Of a DNA stretch of 64,000 bases, positions 37,591 to 51,614 are shown piece by piece. The stretch is from the human T2T-CHM13v2.0 reference genome, Homo sapiens, in assembly GCF_009914755.1 (NCBI RefSeq), contig NC_060931.1. One strand, written 5' to 3'. Below the pieces are notes generated by a model. That model searched no databases and was not told the DNA's origin. It worked only from the letters and a program-made list of their open reading frames with translations. The translations under genes were made by a program, and so were the position numbers. The first letter of the stretch is position 1; each line of letters begins with the position of its first letter.

Positions 37591-40500
37591 GTTGGTATGA
37601 GACCCTGTGTGAGGCTATGGCTGTCCTTCTGTGGGCCCAGGCTTTTTGCCTCTAGTGCTGTCAGAGACTCCAGGATCTGGATGCCACACTTCCTTGGTGG
37701 AAGGAAGGGCCCAATTTCCTGGTAGGGAAGAGAGTCTGGATAGGATACCACAATCTGAGTTCCCTAATGGCAGAGAGGAGATGGAATAAATCCCAGGCCA
37801 AGTCAGGGAAGCTGTTGGTTTCAAATTCTCCTTCTCAGTCTTATAAAGAGTTAAACTAGGCTGCTGAAGGAATTGACTCATTAGCTGCAATAGACTCCCA
37901 CTTGTCTAATGAAGGCAGAAGCCTCAAACAGAAAGATCTAGACTAAACAAGGGGAACTCACTTGGTTTTAGCACCTAGTCCTGGCATTCCTACAGGCTTC
38001 TAGAAGTTTGGAAAAGCCATTACTGTTCTGAGATCTCAGTTTCTCTATAGTCCAACAATATGGCCAATCTACCTTGTCACTGAAACATCTCCTTGTGGGC
38101 CTTCCATAAGAGGCACATATTACTACCAGTGTTATGTGCTGCTCTCCAATTCTAAAAACAGACCAAGATCTGCACCCAAGAACCACTTTTCTGGTTATGG
38201 GGTTTAGACATGGCATAACTGATGGTCTTTTAAAATCTTTCTTACCATTTTCGTATCTGAAGTTTTCAGGGAACACCCTTCAGATTAATTCTTCAATGTA
38301 GGGAAATGGCCATTGTCAAGTGCCTAGGACTATACATGCTTTATTGAGCGGCTGTTCCCAACCAAGGCTTGAAAATCATTGACAAAAGCAGGCTGTATTA
38401 TCTAAGTTAGTTGTTTCAATGCATTACACCCAGGCTATGTTATCCATCATAAATGTACAAGAAAGCCTTTTTCCCACTGCTATTGATTTTCGCATGGTGA
38501 CTATTTGTTTGTATTCTTGACAGGATGATAGTCAGCTGACATTGCTAAGCTCTAGTGTCCTATACCCCCTGCCATCTAAAACTGGCATGCGGGTGTGAGG
38601 CTTCAGATTAACACCTACTTAAATAATTGCTCTCTTATTGGAGGTTTTCCATGTAACTTATTATTGCACTGTATTATCAGTTCAACATCTTTTCGCTCCC
38701 ACACAAACTTTTGTTATATTTTTTCAGTTTCCATCTCTCTATGCTGTGTTTTCTGTATAAATAAGCTTATATTATCATTTGCTAGATTCTAAAGGCATTC
38801 TAAGGCAGTACACAGTGATTTGAGGTAGACATCAGAATGCTGTGTGTGTTTTTTTTTTTTTTAAAGAGAAGGCAAATTGCCAAAAGATAGACCAGCAATG
38901 ATAGACCTTCCATTTAGTTAATTTCACAGCCCAATTTGACTAGTCTAGATGAATCTACCCCCAAAGAACCGACGGTTTCAGCTTGGGCAGGATGTCATTT
39001 CTCTTTTATAGGCTACTCAGATTTCATTTTCCACTTGAACTGCTGCAGGTATCCTGAGCTCCCTTCAAATTACCCAGGAGCTTGATGAATAGCTGGACTC
39101 ACCAGTGAGTGGACAGCTCATTAGCCAATCTACAAGAGCCTGCTGTGACTACTCTGAATCAAAAAGCCAGTTTCTAATGGTGGATAGCCAATTAACAGCA
39201 AAATATAACCTCGTGAATTTTAACTTACCCTGTCAAAAGTCTGAGTTTGTTCTCTTCATGATGTTTATTTTCCTTATTGTAATTAGGAATGTGAGAGGAC
39301 ATAGAATCAAGAATGAGGTGTATAAAAATAATTTTAGGATTGCTACACATATTTTGTGTTTTTTTTCTTTCTCTTCAGTTGGTGCAAACAATTTTGATCA
39401 GTTTCTATTAAATGGGTGCTGAGAGAAATGATACAGAAAAAGAAGTAGTAAAGCTTTCTTGTTTTTATTAATAACTATTGTTTTATATATAGTACCAAAT
39501 TGGGAAATATAGAGAAGTCTAAAAATGAAGATAATCACCCACAATATCATCATGCATAATAGACTCATGCTACCATTTGATTATACATCTTTCTGTCTTC
39601 TTGGCCTTTGTCTCTACTCCTTACTCTCTCACACACATCTAATTAACACATACCAAGTACGTATGTTTAAACACATTTACAAAAAACAGGTTGATGCTCT
39701 GCAAACTACTTCGAAATCTGCTTTTATAGTTGATCATTATATTGTGAGGATCCCTATATCATATATCTGACAAAACTTTAATAGTCGCATATTAACTCTC
39801 AAGGTTTCACTCAATCTAGCCCTGATCAGTCACCTTTTTCTTCTAGTTCACTTCATCGAGGTCTATACTTTTTCATGTCTCTTTTTTCCAACCTCACTTT
39901 TATACCCCTCTCTCCATCTCTAGTACATTGTCCACTTCCCACTGGCTTTTTCTTCCCTCTCACCTGGAATTTAAGAGGAACACATCATGAAGCTGCGGCC
40001 ATGCTGGTTGGTTCTTCTAAGTACCTTCTCCCAGGGTGAGCAGAATGAATGCTCCTGAGGCTTATGTGTGAGGACAGTCCCAGGTCTGAGAGCAGAAATG
40101 CCATTACCAAAGTCCCAGCCCTGGATATCACCCCTACTTGTGGGAGGCCATCCTGGTTTATGGAGAGGCACTCTGACTGCGGGGTGGGAAGAGGGTGTTG
40201 AGAACTTGTTTTCCTGCAGTGTATTATTCTCTTTGCCTTTTCACCTCTACATTCCTAGATTCCTTCTTTAGAGACCCCTAAACTTCAGTTGTTTAACTCT
40301 TGTGTAAAGAGATCAAGGGTGTGAAGCCTGATTCCCAATCTGGCCTGTCCCTCAGAGGCTCTATTTGAACCCTGCTGCTTGGTGTCCCCAGAGAGAATCT
40401 CAGGGACTTTGTTTCCTTTGAGGTTTACCTTTAATAGGAACCTTTCTGTTCTATAACTAAACCATAAGGTTGAACTATGTAGCTCTGGCCTAAAATCAAT

Positions 40501-41202
40501 GGATAATTTGGGAAAATTTGGTATTAGGTATGTGAGGGAAAATTAGGACTTGATTTACAGTTGAATAATAACTAAACCCATGGAATGAAGATTTCTAAAT
40601 AAAAAACAACAATAGCCATGCTGAAAACCCAACTAGAGCAGAAAAGTGATCCTCTGTGAATTGCATAAAGTGGATGTCTTCATATGACTTTCTTCTCTGC
40701 TAACTGCAACAAGGGAATCGGGACTGATTGCTGGGGAAAGTTTAGTGTTCAAAGGTTTTCTTCTTTGGTGGGAAGCTCTTTTTTTTCCCCTTTCAGGATA
40801 TTAATGCTAGTGTTTTCTAATTTTTAAAATCCTTTTACCTCTTCACCTCTTCTATTCTTGTCTTTTGCTCCTGTTAAAATAAGAAGGATATAATATCACA
40901 TATATAATTATTGATTAGGAACACTAAGCCATTTGATTGAAGTAAAATTTAGTCATATTAAAAATGTTATCTTGAACTGGCATTTGAATTCTGTAATCTT
41001 TATCTCTGTTTTAATTCCAGATAATACCCATGTCTGCCACCCCTGCACAACCTCTCCAACTTCCACTCACCTTGCCAGCAAGGAATATTTTTGTTTATTT
41101 TTAAGGCAATGGGAGTGGAGGTAGGGTGAATCTGAAATGATGCTAATATTGCTCTTACATGATGCAAGTAATGTTCTGAAAGTAATTTGATAAGTTCTTC
41201 TA

Positions 41203-41272
41203 CAGTAGGTTTCTTAACATTTTGGGGACCATAGGCCCTTTTCTAAATCTGAAAATATTTATGGATCTTCCA
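41203..41272. mobile_element. hAT-Charlie-type MITE terminus (MER103/MER117-like)
   Basis: cagtaggtttcttaacattttggggaccataggcccttttctaaatctg resembles CAGTGGTTCTTAACCTTTT...ATGGACCCCTTTG...ATCTG. Confidence 0.45.
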
Positions 41273-43479
41273 TTTTAAAGACTTAATTACCTTTCCCTAT
41301 TCTGTGTGTATTTAAAAGATGCCCATGAATCTCTGGCCTGTTCTTGGCAACACTCTGAGCGGTGCAAGTGAGTGTGGATATTCACAGTAGAATGCCCTGT
41401 TCTTTCTCTGTCAGCTGACAAGTTTCTTCCCTCAAACACTTAACCTACTTTTTCTAATCTTTTTCTGTTCTTTCAGGCCTGGGTTTGTATCTTCATGTCC
41501 CCAGCACACACATGCCTTTTGAGTCTCTCCTATAGAATCCTCTTACCCTATCTGAGTTTAGACGCAATTCATTTTTTTTTTTCCTTTCTAACATTACTCA
41601 AACCTTAGCTTGTTTTTCTTTTCCCTCATATTCATATGAGGGATTCATATAGATTCATATTTGGTGTTCTTTGATATATAGGTGTTATGTTGTTTTTTAA
41701 TGATGTTTTTACACTAACCTTCCTGATCTGACATCCTTAAATGCAATGCTATACATTATTTATTTTTTCTACCTTAGTTATGAAGTATATGATTAAAAGG
41801 CTTCATGTTAATAAAGATAAAAAAATAAAAACTGTAATGTGTTATACAAAATAAGCTAAAACTGTAAGAAAATGGCTCAATACATGGATTAATTAAATAA
41901 AAATACCCAGCAATGAGAGGGTGTAACTCAGGAAAGAACCAGAAATTTTAACCAGGCACAACCAGGTATTGTTGTACTTAAAAATCTAACAACCATATAG
42001 AACTATTCCCAGAGCTGACTATAGGAGATCACAATGTACCTATTTCCTTATACTTGCCTTCAAATTTATTTTAAATTGAAGACTAGCTGGGAATCTTATG
42101 CCAGAAGAAGACACCTAAGTACAAATATGTTCACGTTTTTGTGAGACTTGGGGTTTGTCTGTATGTTAAGCAGTACCCAAAAATACACCATGTCTGTGTA
42201 GTTGGGAGAGTAAGCAAATGAAGAATTCCTTTTCTCCTTCTTGGTTCTAAAATGGAGACAACCATATGGGGCATGACTCTATAAAAAGTACTTCCCTGGC
42301 AGATGACCTGGGACAGCAAATGTCCACAGTTTCTATAAGCAATTAAAGGAAGGTCTACCCAAAGACTAATATGCTTGTACACATTGTGTTTTACTTACTC
42401 TTACTTGTTCCCCTCCCTACCAATCCCCTGCTGTTCCGGAGCTGTATTTTTTTTTAAATAATTGTGTTGCTAGAGTGCAGGTGATTGATGGCTATAGATC
42501 ATCACTCCAGTGGTCAAGCTGAGTTGTTAATCCAGCTAATAAACATACATTTTGTGGACATGAGGATGACTGGGAAAATGGCAATAAATTTTCTTTCTTT
42601 CCTAGACTTTTGCCTAGCAATACATACAAATGTACAATAGGATAGAGAGAGCTACGTAATTAAAAAAGAAATATGCAAATGTGCCTAATTTTCTCACAAG
42701 TCTTAATGCGCCTCTTAACGTAATTCTAGATTTAATGGCATTTTGGTGCTTGGGTCAGACCAGTGATTCTTAATAGGAATCACCTCCTGCTGCAGGGATG
42801 GTGCTGGGGGAGGATGGCTGCATCAGGATCACATAGATGAGTGTTTAATGTGCTGCCTTAAGGAAACATGCTTTCTGAGCTGAAAAATCATCACTGTCTA
42901 GTTAGCCATTATTGCTATTCTATTTCTTATGTGTCTTATTGTAGAGAAAGATTGAGAACCACGTAAGCTGATTGTCCAGGGACTTTATTACAATTACGTG
43001 TTTGAATTTCTGACTCCCTTATCAGCTTTTAAATCTAGGATTTAAAAGGCCTGAACCATGTCTGCCTCATTAATCATTCTTGCTAATCATTAATAATCTT
43101 GTTAATAATTTGATTCCCATTGCTACACTTATAGTAGGTGCTCTTTGGATATTTGCTGAATGAATAAAAAGATGAATGCATGATGACAAGGAGACATTGC
43201 AGTTGGAGATTTCTCTGAGATTGGATTGTCTAGTTGGAAATTACCTCGCATGAGAACTTGCAAAAATGTGTAACTGTCTCCTTTCCTCCAAAAGCCACCA
43301 GAAAAACATGGTGTAGGTTTCTTAACATTTGATAAGTTCTTCTACAGTAGGTTTCTTAACATTTTGGGGACCAAAAACTGTAATGTGATATATAAAAATA
43401 AGCTAAAACTTTAAGAAAATGGCTCAATATATGGATTAATTAAATAAAAATAAAAATACCCAGCAATGAGGGGGTGTAA

Positions 43480-45395
43480 CTCCAGAAACAATCAGAAATT
43501 TAAAAAATATCAGTTAAGAAAGAATAAACATAAAACCAAATAAACAGAATGAATAATTCCTTAAAAGAAATATAAAGTAAAATGGACAAATTTTAAGATC
43601 AAAAAGAAATGAAGAAGTAAAGTTTTTGTAAAGAAAGATCCAACATAAGTATAATGGAAATTTCTGAAGAAATAAACCAAGAGAACAGAACAAATTCTAA
43701 AACCATAATTCAAGAAAACTTTCCAGAAATAAAAAACTGATTTGAAACTACATAGTGAAATATGTAGCTGAGAAAGTCCATCCAGAACAACAAATGCCAA
43801 GACATGTTTTAGCAAAATTTGATACAAAAGGAAACAAAGGCCATTTGAGCATATTGATCAAACCAAAAGTGATTTGTAAGTGAAAGAAAATTAGATTATT
43901 ATCAGACTTTTTTGATAGCAATTCTTTATAACAGAACAAAATGGAGTAACATACTTAAGAAATTCAAAGAAAGAAAATATGAGCCAAAGATTTTTATATC
44001 TAGGAAAACTGACTTACAAGTATAAAGGGCTCAGACTATTATTGGCATACAATGACCCAAATAATGTTGTTCCCTTGAGAACTTTCTGAGAGATCTACTA
44101 AAGAATGAACTTCAGACAATAAAAAATAACTATGGAGATATTGTCATAAGAACTGGTGATAAGTTAAAAATACTGTTTGTTAACTGGTTAACATATATTG
44201 TTTAACTGGTTAATAACTGGTTAAACATATAGTTACTTGTAGAACTAAGATTAAATGAGGGTTAAAGATCAAGTATCTATAAAACAGCAGATTTAATAAA
44301 ATGAATATAAGGAATAATTTATTAAAGTGGGGATACAAATGAGGTAAGCATGTTAAAATGTTTAAAAGCTATTCTCATTAACTTCATTGGTGGTGGTAGT
44401 ATTGTATTGTTATTCTTAGACAGTTATGTAACTAATATGGGAAAAGATGAGTAATTATGTGATTTTCTAATTCTGTCATTCCTGTGTATCTTTGAGCATT
44501 AGAATTTTTGTTGCAGAAGAAAGGAGATACAGATGTAATTCGGAAAGGGCTGTATTCTTGAATTTAAATTGGAAGTAAGAGTATGAACTCAAGACGTCTT
44601 TCATATGTATAAATGTATATCTTTGTATATCTGTCTCTGCCCCCTTAAAGGCTTAGGAACAGTGAGCAACTTAGTGCAAAAAGCACTCCTAGCATCCAGA
44701 TCGTGGTGGCTTTGAAATAATATTTCTCATTAAAAGAAACAGGACTTAGAGAAATGACTAATTCCAGGTCTGGGGCAGGAAATGTATAAGATGAATCTGG
44801 AACATTTTGTTAAATCATATAGCTAGGAAGCTATCAGAAACTCCTGTGGTTATGTCAAAAGAAACTCAGGAATCAATTTTAAGAACCTCCAATTGGGACA
44901 ATTTAAGCTTCAAAAGAGATAATAATTGCAGTGGAATAAATCCATAAAATAAGTTAAATGTGTGAGTAGATAACGGTATTTTAAAAACCTAGTTACCTTC
45001 AGAAGACGCAAGAGAACTAGTTCGTTGTCTTGAAAATGGGTAAATAGAGGGAAAGAATGTAACATTGATCCTGCCTTTCCAATAAGATAAAAAATAATTA
45101 ATAAATAAAATTAGAGATGTCTAGAAATGTATACAAGTGATAAAACTATAAAAAGTGATTGCTATAAAAGTTGGGATAGTGGTTACTTTTGGGAGGAGGG
45201 AGATGTTTGAGATTTGGATGGGGTACACTGATGAGATTTCTTAGGTAGCTGACATAGGTCTATATTTTGATATAGGTGGTGGTTGCAGGAAGTTGGCCTT
45301 ATAATAACTCATTAAACTATACATATATTTTCTGTGTGGTTTTCTGTATTTGTTTTATTTATAATTAAAAATTTGAAAACAAAAGAGAAAAAAAG
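43480..45395 (+). mobile_element. Ancient L1M remnant (ORF1-like region, then an L1MC/ME-like 3' end at ~45110-45395)
   Basis: A-rich strand; agatccaacata...ataattcaagaaaactttccagaaataaa...attagattattatcagacttt ORF1 hallmarks; 3' end gatagtggttacttttggg...attaaactatacatata...A-rich tail. Confidence 0.7.
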
Positions 45396-46779
45396 GTTGG
45401 ATGGAATTTTTATTTTCTCTCCTGGATGAATTCTGTGACTCTTCCTCTGCTCATATATGTGGCCTGAGATCTTATTAAATGCCTACAGTTCAAAACTCTT
45501 GAAATGGAAGGCAAATCTATCTTTACCTGGGTATGCCCAATGCTCCAGAGAATAGCCATGATTCAGAATGGACAATTCTCTCTTGGAATCCAGAATTATT
45601 CTGCACTTTATTTGCCTCCAGGGAAAACAAGGTGACATAGGCTCGTTGTCACCAGTGAGAATTTCTAACACTTGGTGTCAGGAAACTGGGCAATAAATCT
45701 CAGTGGACTAAACCACTGCCCTAAGTGGCTTACTCATGCCTTAACACTCCCTGAATAGCCTCTAAAAATGACTGCAACAGCTGTACTTTCCAGAACCTAG
45801 AGTTGATCTTTATTTAATTTATCCATCTATCGTGTGAACTTTGCCACCCGGCAATCGTAAGAAGAAAAATGAGTCACCAAGATTTGTACATTGTGGAAGG
45901 CAAACTTCCCCCTCCCCACCAAGCAATCCTGGAAATTAAATCTTTTATTCCTTAGTGATTCACTAAGTGTTTGCAATCATGGTCCACACATTTAGTTGTT
46001 GTCAAGATGGATATTTCTAAAGGTATTATTTTTTCATTTCATGGTGAGACTCTTTTTATCTTCCAGACACTTCAATTACTGACAGAAACTAGGCGTGAGA
46101 GGCTCAAACAGTGAGGTTTCATTTGTACATCGGTGCTCAGGATGAGGATCACACATGTACTATATTGTGTTCAATGTCTGATGAACCACAGCAGCCTCTT
46201 TTGTGGATGTTGGTTGAGAGTTCTGAAGCTCAATTAAAGGTCTCCCTTTTCAGTCAATATCTTAAAATATAAAGGAGATACCTAGTGATGATTATACTGG
46301 TCAACTCCTTTTTCTCCTTTGCGGAACTCATATAGAAGAAGCTGCATCATGAATAATGCTGGAGTGACTTGAGAGGTCAGAAGGCAAATTATTCACATGA
46401 GGCCATAGTGCATATTTCAGAGATACCTACGCAGAGATGTCATTTATCTGGTTGCAGTGGTAATAGGATGGGTATAGAAAAATCTTGGGAAAGAAAAACA
46501 CCTCCATGAAAATATTTGTTAGTGGTTGTGAAAGATCTTTTGATTTGAGGGTTTGAGGGTATTGGGAAATAAAATAAATACTATGAAATAAAACACAGAG
46601 GTCAGAAGTGAAATAGTGAGCCTGTTTTCATTGATCTTGGATTTGTTCATAATTTAGAGACATCTACCAGATTGAAGTTAGCATTCCAAGTAAGTGATGT
46701 AATTTATAAAACTGAAAAAACCCTAAATATCCACCAAAATAAAAATGCTTTATCTTGCTTTAATAACTTTAATTTCATC

Positions 46780-46980
46780 TTATTTTTTCATTTTTATTTC
46801 ATTTTAGATTCAGTGGGTGCATATGCAGGTTTGTTACCTGGGTATATTGCATAATGCTGAGGTTTGGGGTATGAATGATCCCATTTCCCAGGTAATGAGC
46901 ATAGCACCTGTTAGTTTTTCAATCCTTGCCCCACTCCCTCCTTCCTCCCCTGTAGTCCCCAGTGTCTATTGTTACCATCC
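46780..46980 (-). mobile_element. L1 3' UTR tip (L1PB/L1PA16-17-like)
   Basis: ttttagattcagtgggtgcatatgcaggtttgttacctgggtatattgcataatgctgaggtttgggg...gtccccagtgtctattgtt. Confidence 0.85.
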
Positions 46981-48433
46981 AAATGACTTCTGAGCCCTCT
47001 GGAGTTCTTGCATAGATCACACTCAGTGCTGGCAGAACAGGCTGACTAGCACCTGACGCCCCCTCTGGACTGCTTCACTTCACCTTGGACCTGACGCACA
47101 TGCAGCCTTGTTGCCTTTTTATGGAGCTTCCTCTAAGACTGACTTGGGAGGCTCAGAGCATCTGGTCAATGTAGGCAAGTCCGTAGGCTGGGATTACGCA
47201 GAAGCTGTGGCCCAACAGAGTGAAACTGCTGAACTTCAGCTTTCTCACCAGTTTGCTTCACTTTAAAGAGCAGCCTCAGCTTGAACAGCTGGGGCTAAAT
47301 TGCAGGGAAAGTGTTTCCGTGAGCTTTGCTGGCTTTCCCAAATGAGTGTGTGGAATCTGGCCCCTGTCAGCAGTGCCAAAACACAGCCTTCTGATTGTGC
47401 CTCAGTGAATGAAATGAGGGTGGTTTCATTTCCCTTTCTAACATCCATTTCCCACACAGTCAAGTCTCCTCTAGCCAGGCCCACTTCTGTTTTTAGCAGG
47501 AAGCTCTTGAGGCCAGGGAAATCTGGAAGTACTTATTGTTTATATGACACTGGGAGTCTTTAGGTTCTCTTTTGGGCTTCCAAGCTTAAACTGACAGATT
47601 TGTGGCTCAAAGTGAAAGCTAGCCTGCCCTAGCTCAGGATTCAAGTCTCAGCATTTCAACCTTTTTCTCTATCTGGACTGTTCTCTATTTTGGCCTTTTA
47701 AATCAGGGGTGGAGAAGACTTGACAGGTATGCCTCCATTTCTCCCTCCTGTACAAAAGGCCAATAATGCTCATGGTCATTGACTTCTTTCTGCTAAATCC
47801 ATATTCAACCTCAGAATACTTAATAATATGGTCAATCAATCAGTTAGCCCACATGTTGAATCCTGTTTGCTGTTTGGTAGGAGTGACAGTGGAGAATAGT
47901 GGCCCAAGAGACTGATAAGCGGGCCTTATCCCAGCATTGTGATGGATGGTGTCTTGGATAGAATGGTTAGAAGAATTGTCACTCTAGCTCTATCACTTAC
48001 CAGTTAACTACAGCTACATTTGATTTCTTGAAGCTTAGTTTTTGTTATCCAAATAAACGAAATATCTTCTCTAAATACATTACATTTTGTTGTCAATATA
48101 CGGAAATAAACAAATGGGTGTGGATTCCTTTGCAAGCAGCCTAGTGTGACATGCATAGAAGCTGTTAGCAATGTAATATTAATACATTGCAAATTCCTGC
48201 TTCTCTATTTCCTAGACTTACAGTAACAGTTATATACTAGGTGTTTTAAGAACCAAAAATTCCCTATTAATAGTGCTGTGGGAATGTACATTAGATTGGG
48301 AATCAGATTTTTGTTTCTGTGCTACAAGTAATTGCTTATAATATCTTGGTTGTTTGGGCTCTACATCCATATTTATAAAATTATGAGGTTGAATTAGAAG
48401 TTTTAAGCATTGCTCTTAGCACTCAAAACTAAA

Positions 48434-48719
48434 ATTTTATTTTATTTTCTTTTTTTTTAAAGACAGGGTATTGTTCAGTCACTCCGGCTGGAGTAGAGTG
48501 GTGTGATCTTGGCTCACTGCAGCCTTGACCTCCCAGGCTCAAGCGGTCTACCCACCTCAGCCTCCAGAGTAGCTGGGCATGGCTAAATTTTGTATTTTCT
48601 GTAGAGACTGGGTTTCCCTATGTTGCCCAGGCTGGTCTCAAACTCCTGGGCTCAAGCGATCTACCCAGCTCAGCCTCCCAAACGGCTGGGATTACAGGCG
48701 TGCACCACCACACCTGGCT
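48434..48719 (-). mobile_element. AluJ with an internal ~20-bp deletion
   Basis: gcagccttgacctcccaggctcaagcg and aactcctgggctcaagcgatc are J diagnostics; T-rich tail; degenerate caaaac...attt TSD. Confidence 0.92.
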
Positions 48720-50071
48720 CAAAACCACATTTCTAGTGAAATCATATGAAACCCTGATATGAGACATATAAAAGAGCTGTGCTAAATCATGTCAGAGTGG
48801 GGTGTCCAGAGGCCTGCCTGTTTGACCTCTTCTGAAAGTGTCCCAGAAGTACTCTTGTAGCATCTTGGGATCCCCTGAAAATTTGAAAACCACTAGACCA
48901 GATGTTCTCCAAGGTCCATAGAAGTTTTAACATTCTACAATGCTAAATGTTTAAGGAAGATTATTTTCTCATTGCCTTTATTAACTTTCCTTTTATATGG
49001 TGGAAATAACTGGAAATTTATGGCCATTCCTATGCAAGCACAGCTAGCAACTAGAATAAATAACACTCTCCCCACCTTTTTTTTTTTTTTTTTAAGAAGT
49101 AGACCATAGAGGATGTCAGAAATGTTTTTTATAGTCTTGTCTGGGAAGCCATTTGCTTCAGTAAGCCTTGAATCTTCATATGCTCTGCATGCAACAAACC
49201 AACAAACAAATTTCTACAGAAATCTATTTAGTGTCTTCCATGTGCCAATCACAATGTTCATACTGGGGCTACAACGGTCACTAAGACACTGCCCTACCTC
49301 AAAAATCTCACATAGTCATAGTTGTTTTCAAACTGTGCTCAGCAAATCACAACAGAAACCTCATATTTTGGGCCTTACATATCAAGAATTTGTTAGGTTT
49401 CTAAGGGCTGGCACCATAACATAGCTTGCTTTTTTGTGCTGGAAATACTTGGTCCGCTTTATTCACTGTAGCTTGTCTAGGTCTACACCATCAAGCAGGA
49501 TGATGGCAATGCCTGTGACTGAGAGCTCAGTGATAGCAGCTGTCAAAGGATATGTAATTTTGACAAAGCACTTAGACTTTCTTTTCAACAAAAATAAGAC
49601 AAGTTATTTTAATAACACATTTTAAATAATCCTAGGATTTACATTAATGAATGAAATAAGATTAGCCCTGTAAGTTTTAAACTGTATACAACATAACCAC
49701 TTCATAAGTTGCTTAAGGGTTATTTATTTACTGAACTTGTTTGAGTAAATGTCATAAAATCGAGCTTTTAAAAAATGATGAAAACTCAAGGTATCACTTT
49801 TGAGAAGTAGTAATAGGAAAATGGACGTATGTAGGTGTATTTAATTTCCTCCTTTCTTTCTATAAAAATAGTGGTATCCTTTCTTTAATCAGGGAAAAAT
49901 ATTGCATTATTCAGTAATGGATCAAATTCCAGCAATGACATTTTACCTCTGTTATTCTATACTCTATTTAGATACAGAAGCCATCACTTAAGCAATTTGC
50001 AAAATATGTAAGCTTCTAAAAAAATATACAAGTGAGGTAATTGTGAGTCTGGAGCATATTTGTTAGGGCAC

Positions 50072-50509
50072 TGATATGGTTTGGCTCTGTGTCCCCACCC
50101 GAATCTTACCTTGAATTATAATAATCAGCCCATGTGTTGAATTCCCATCAGCCACAGGGAACAAAATGGCATTATGCCTCTTCTAACATAAGAAGAACTA
50201 GAGGAGACATGTCATGGGAGGGACCCGGTGCAAGGCAATTCAATCACGTGGGCAGGCTTTTCCTGTGCTCTCTTTGTGATAGTGAATGAGTCTCATGAAA
50301 TTTGATGGTTTTATAAAAGGGCAGTTCCCCTGCACGTGCTCTCTTGCCTGCCTCCATGTAAGATGTGACTTTGCTCCTCATTCACCTTCTGCCATGATTG
50401 TGAGCCCTCCCCAGACATGTGGAACTGTGAGTCCATTAAACCTTTTTCTTTTATAAATTACCCAGTCTTGGGTATGTCTTTATTAGCAGCACGAGAACAG
50501 ACTAATACA
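50072..50509 (+). mobile_element. THE1 (MaLR) LTR, THE1B-like, carrying a foreign ~70-bp insert
   Basis: tgatatggtttggct...attaaacctttttcttttataaattacccagtc...gaacagactaataca. Confidence 0.93.
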
Positions 50510-51614
50510 CCAAGCCGAAAACTGAAGCCAAACTAAATAAAAACATGTCAACACATCCTCCAGAGGGTCTTGTTCGTGGATATCTCAGAAGTTCCTCAGA
50601 GGAACTTCTAATTTCTCATTATCTTTCCTCACTCCACAGAAGGATGGCACAAACAATGACTCTGTTCTTCTCCGGGCCCCATGAGCTCCCATTGTCTTCC
50701 AGGAGATAGGTAGGGGTGGAGGTGGGATAGACTAGAGGTGTAGTATTTTGCTTAAGTGGAGGCGGGGAGGGGGCTCAAAAGACTTCTCATTTGCCAAAGT
50801 TCTTTGCAGTCTAAATATTATATTAAAAAACAACTATTTTTCAACTGTAGGCTAATAAGTTTCAAGGGACACATCAGAGGCAATAATTACAAATTATTTT
50901 CCTGAAGAGAACATTTTGGATTCAGGTATTGATTAGGACCCTCTGTGAAAATGAAAAGAAAACCAAGATGAATAAACTTAAATCAATGTCATAAAAATTA
51001 GAACAGCAGCTGCCAGAACCATTTGTGGGTTAAACTTCATTGGTGTTCATCTGGCATTGACTTTAGTTATAAAGATCAGTTTCAACTTACCTGGTGTTCC
51101 CTTTCCAGCCTGACTTATGAAGATAAAATGCCTAGAAAGAGTTACTCTTGGGATTTTAAAACATATGATGGGATTTGAGGTACCCCATAAATGCCATTTC
51201 TTTCCCCATCTGAATGAGTCAAAAATATTTTATTTCTGATAAAATTGATTTTGGAGATTGTAATTTTTATCTGCTTGTAAGTAGTTTCCCTCCTTCTGAA
51301 GGAAGAACTAGACAGAATTCCCTTCAGCCACAGGGAGCAAAATGGCATTGTGCCTCTCCTGATGTAGGAAGACCTAGAGGAGTAGAGCAGAATATATTCT
51401 TTAAGGAAGTAGAATGTTCTTTAAGGATAAAGCTAGGAAGCAAGGCCTTGGTTCTGACTGCCTGTTTTACCTTCCAAACTCAGTCTGATTAATTTTCTCC
51501 TCTGCAGCAGATAAAGGCTGGCCTATTGTTTTAGTAAGCTCCTTTACTTGTAAGAATCATTTGGAAAGGAAGGAGTATTCCCTCAAAGGATACATTCTTC
51601 TTTTAATAAGACTG

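Noticed and set aside
41450-41480. Strong acceptor-like tracts (also at ~11719 and ~40796)
   Set aside because: No convincing donor at exon distance; isolated pseudo-acceptors are common in long introns.
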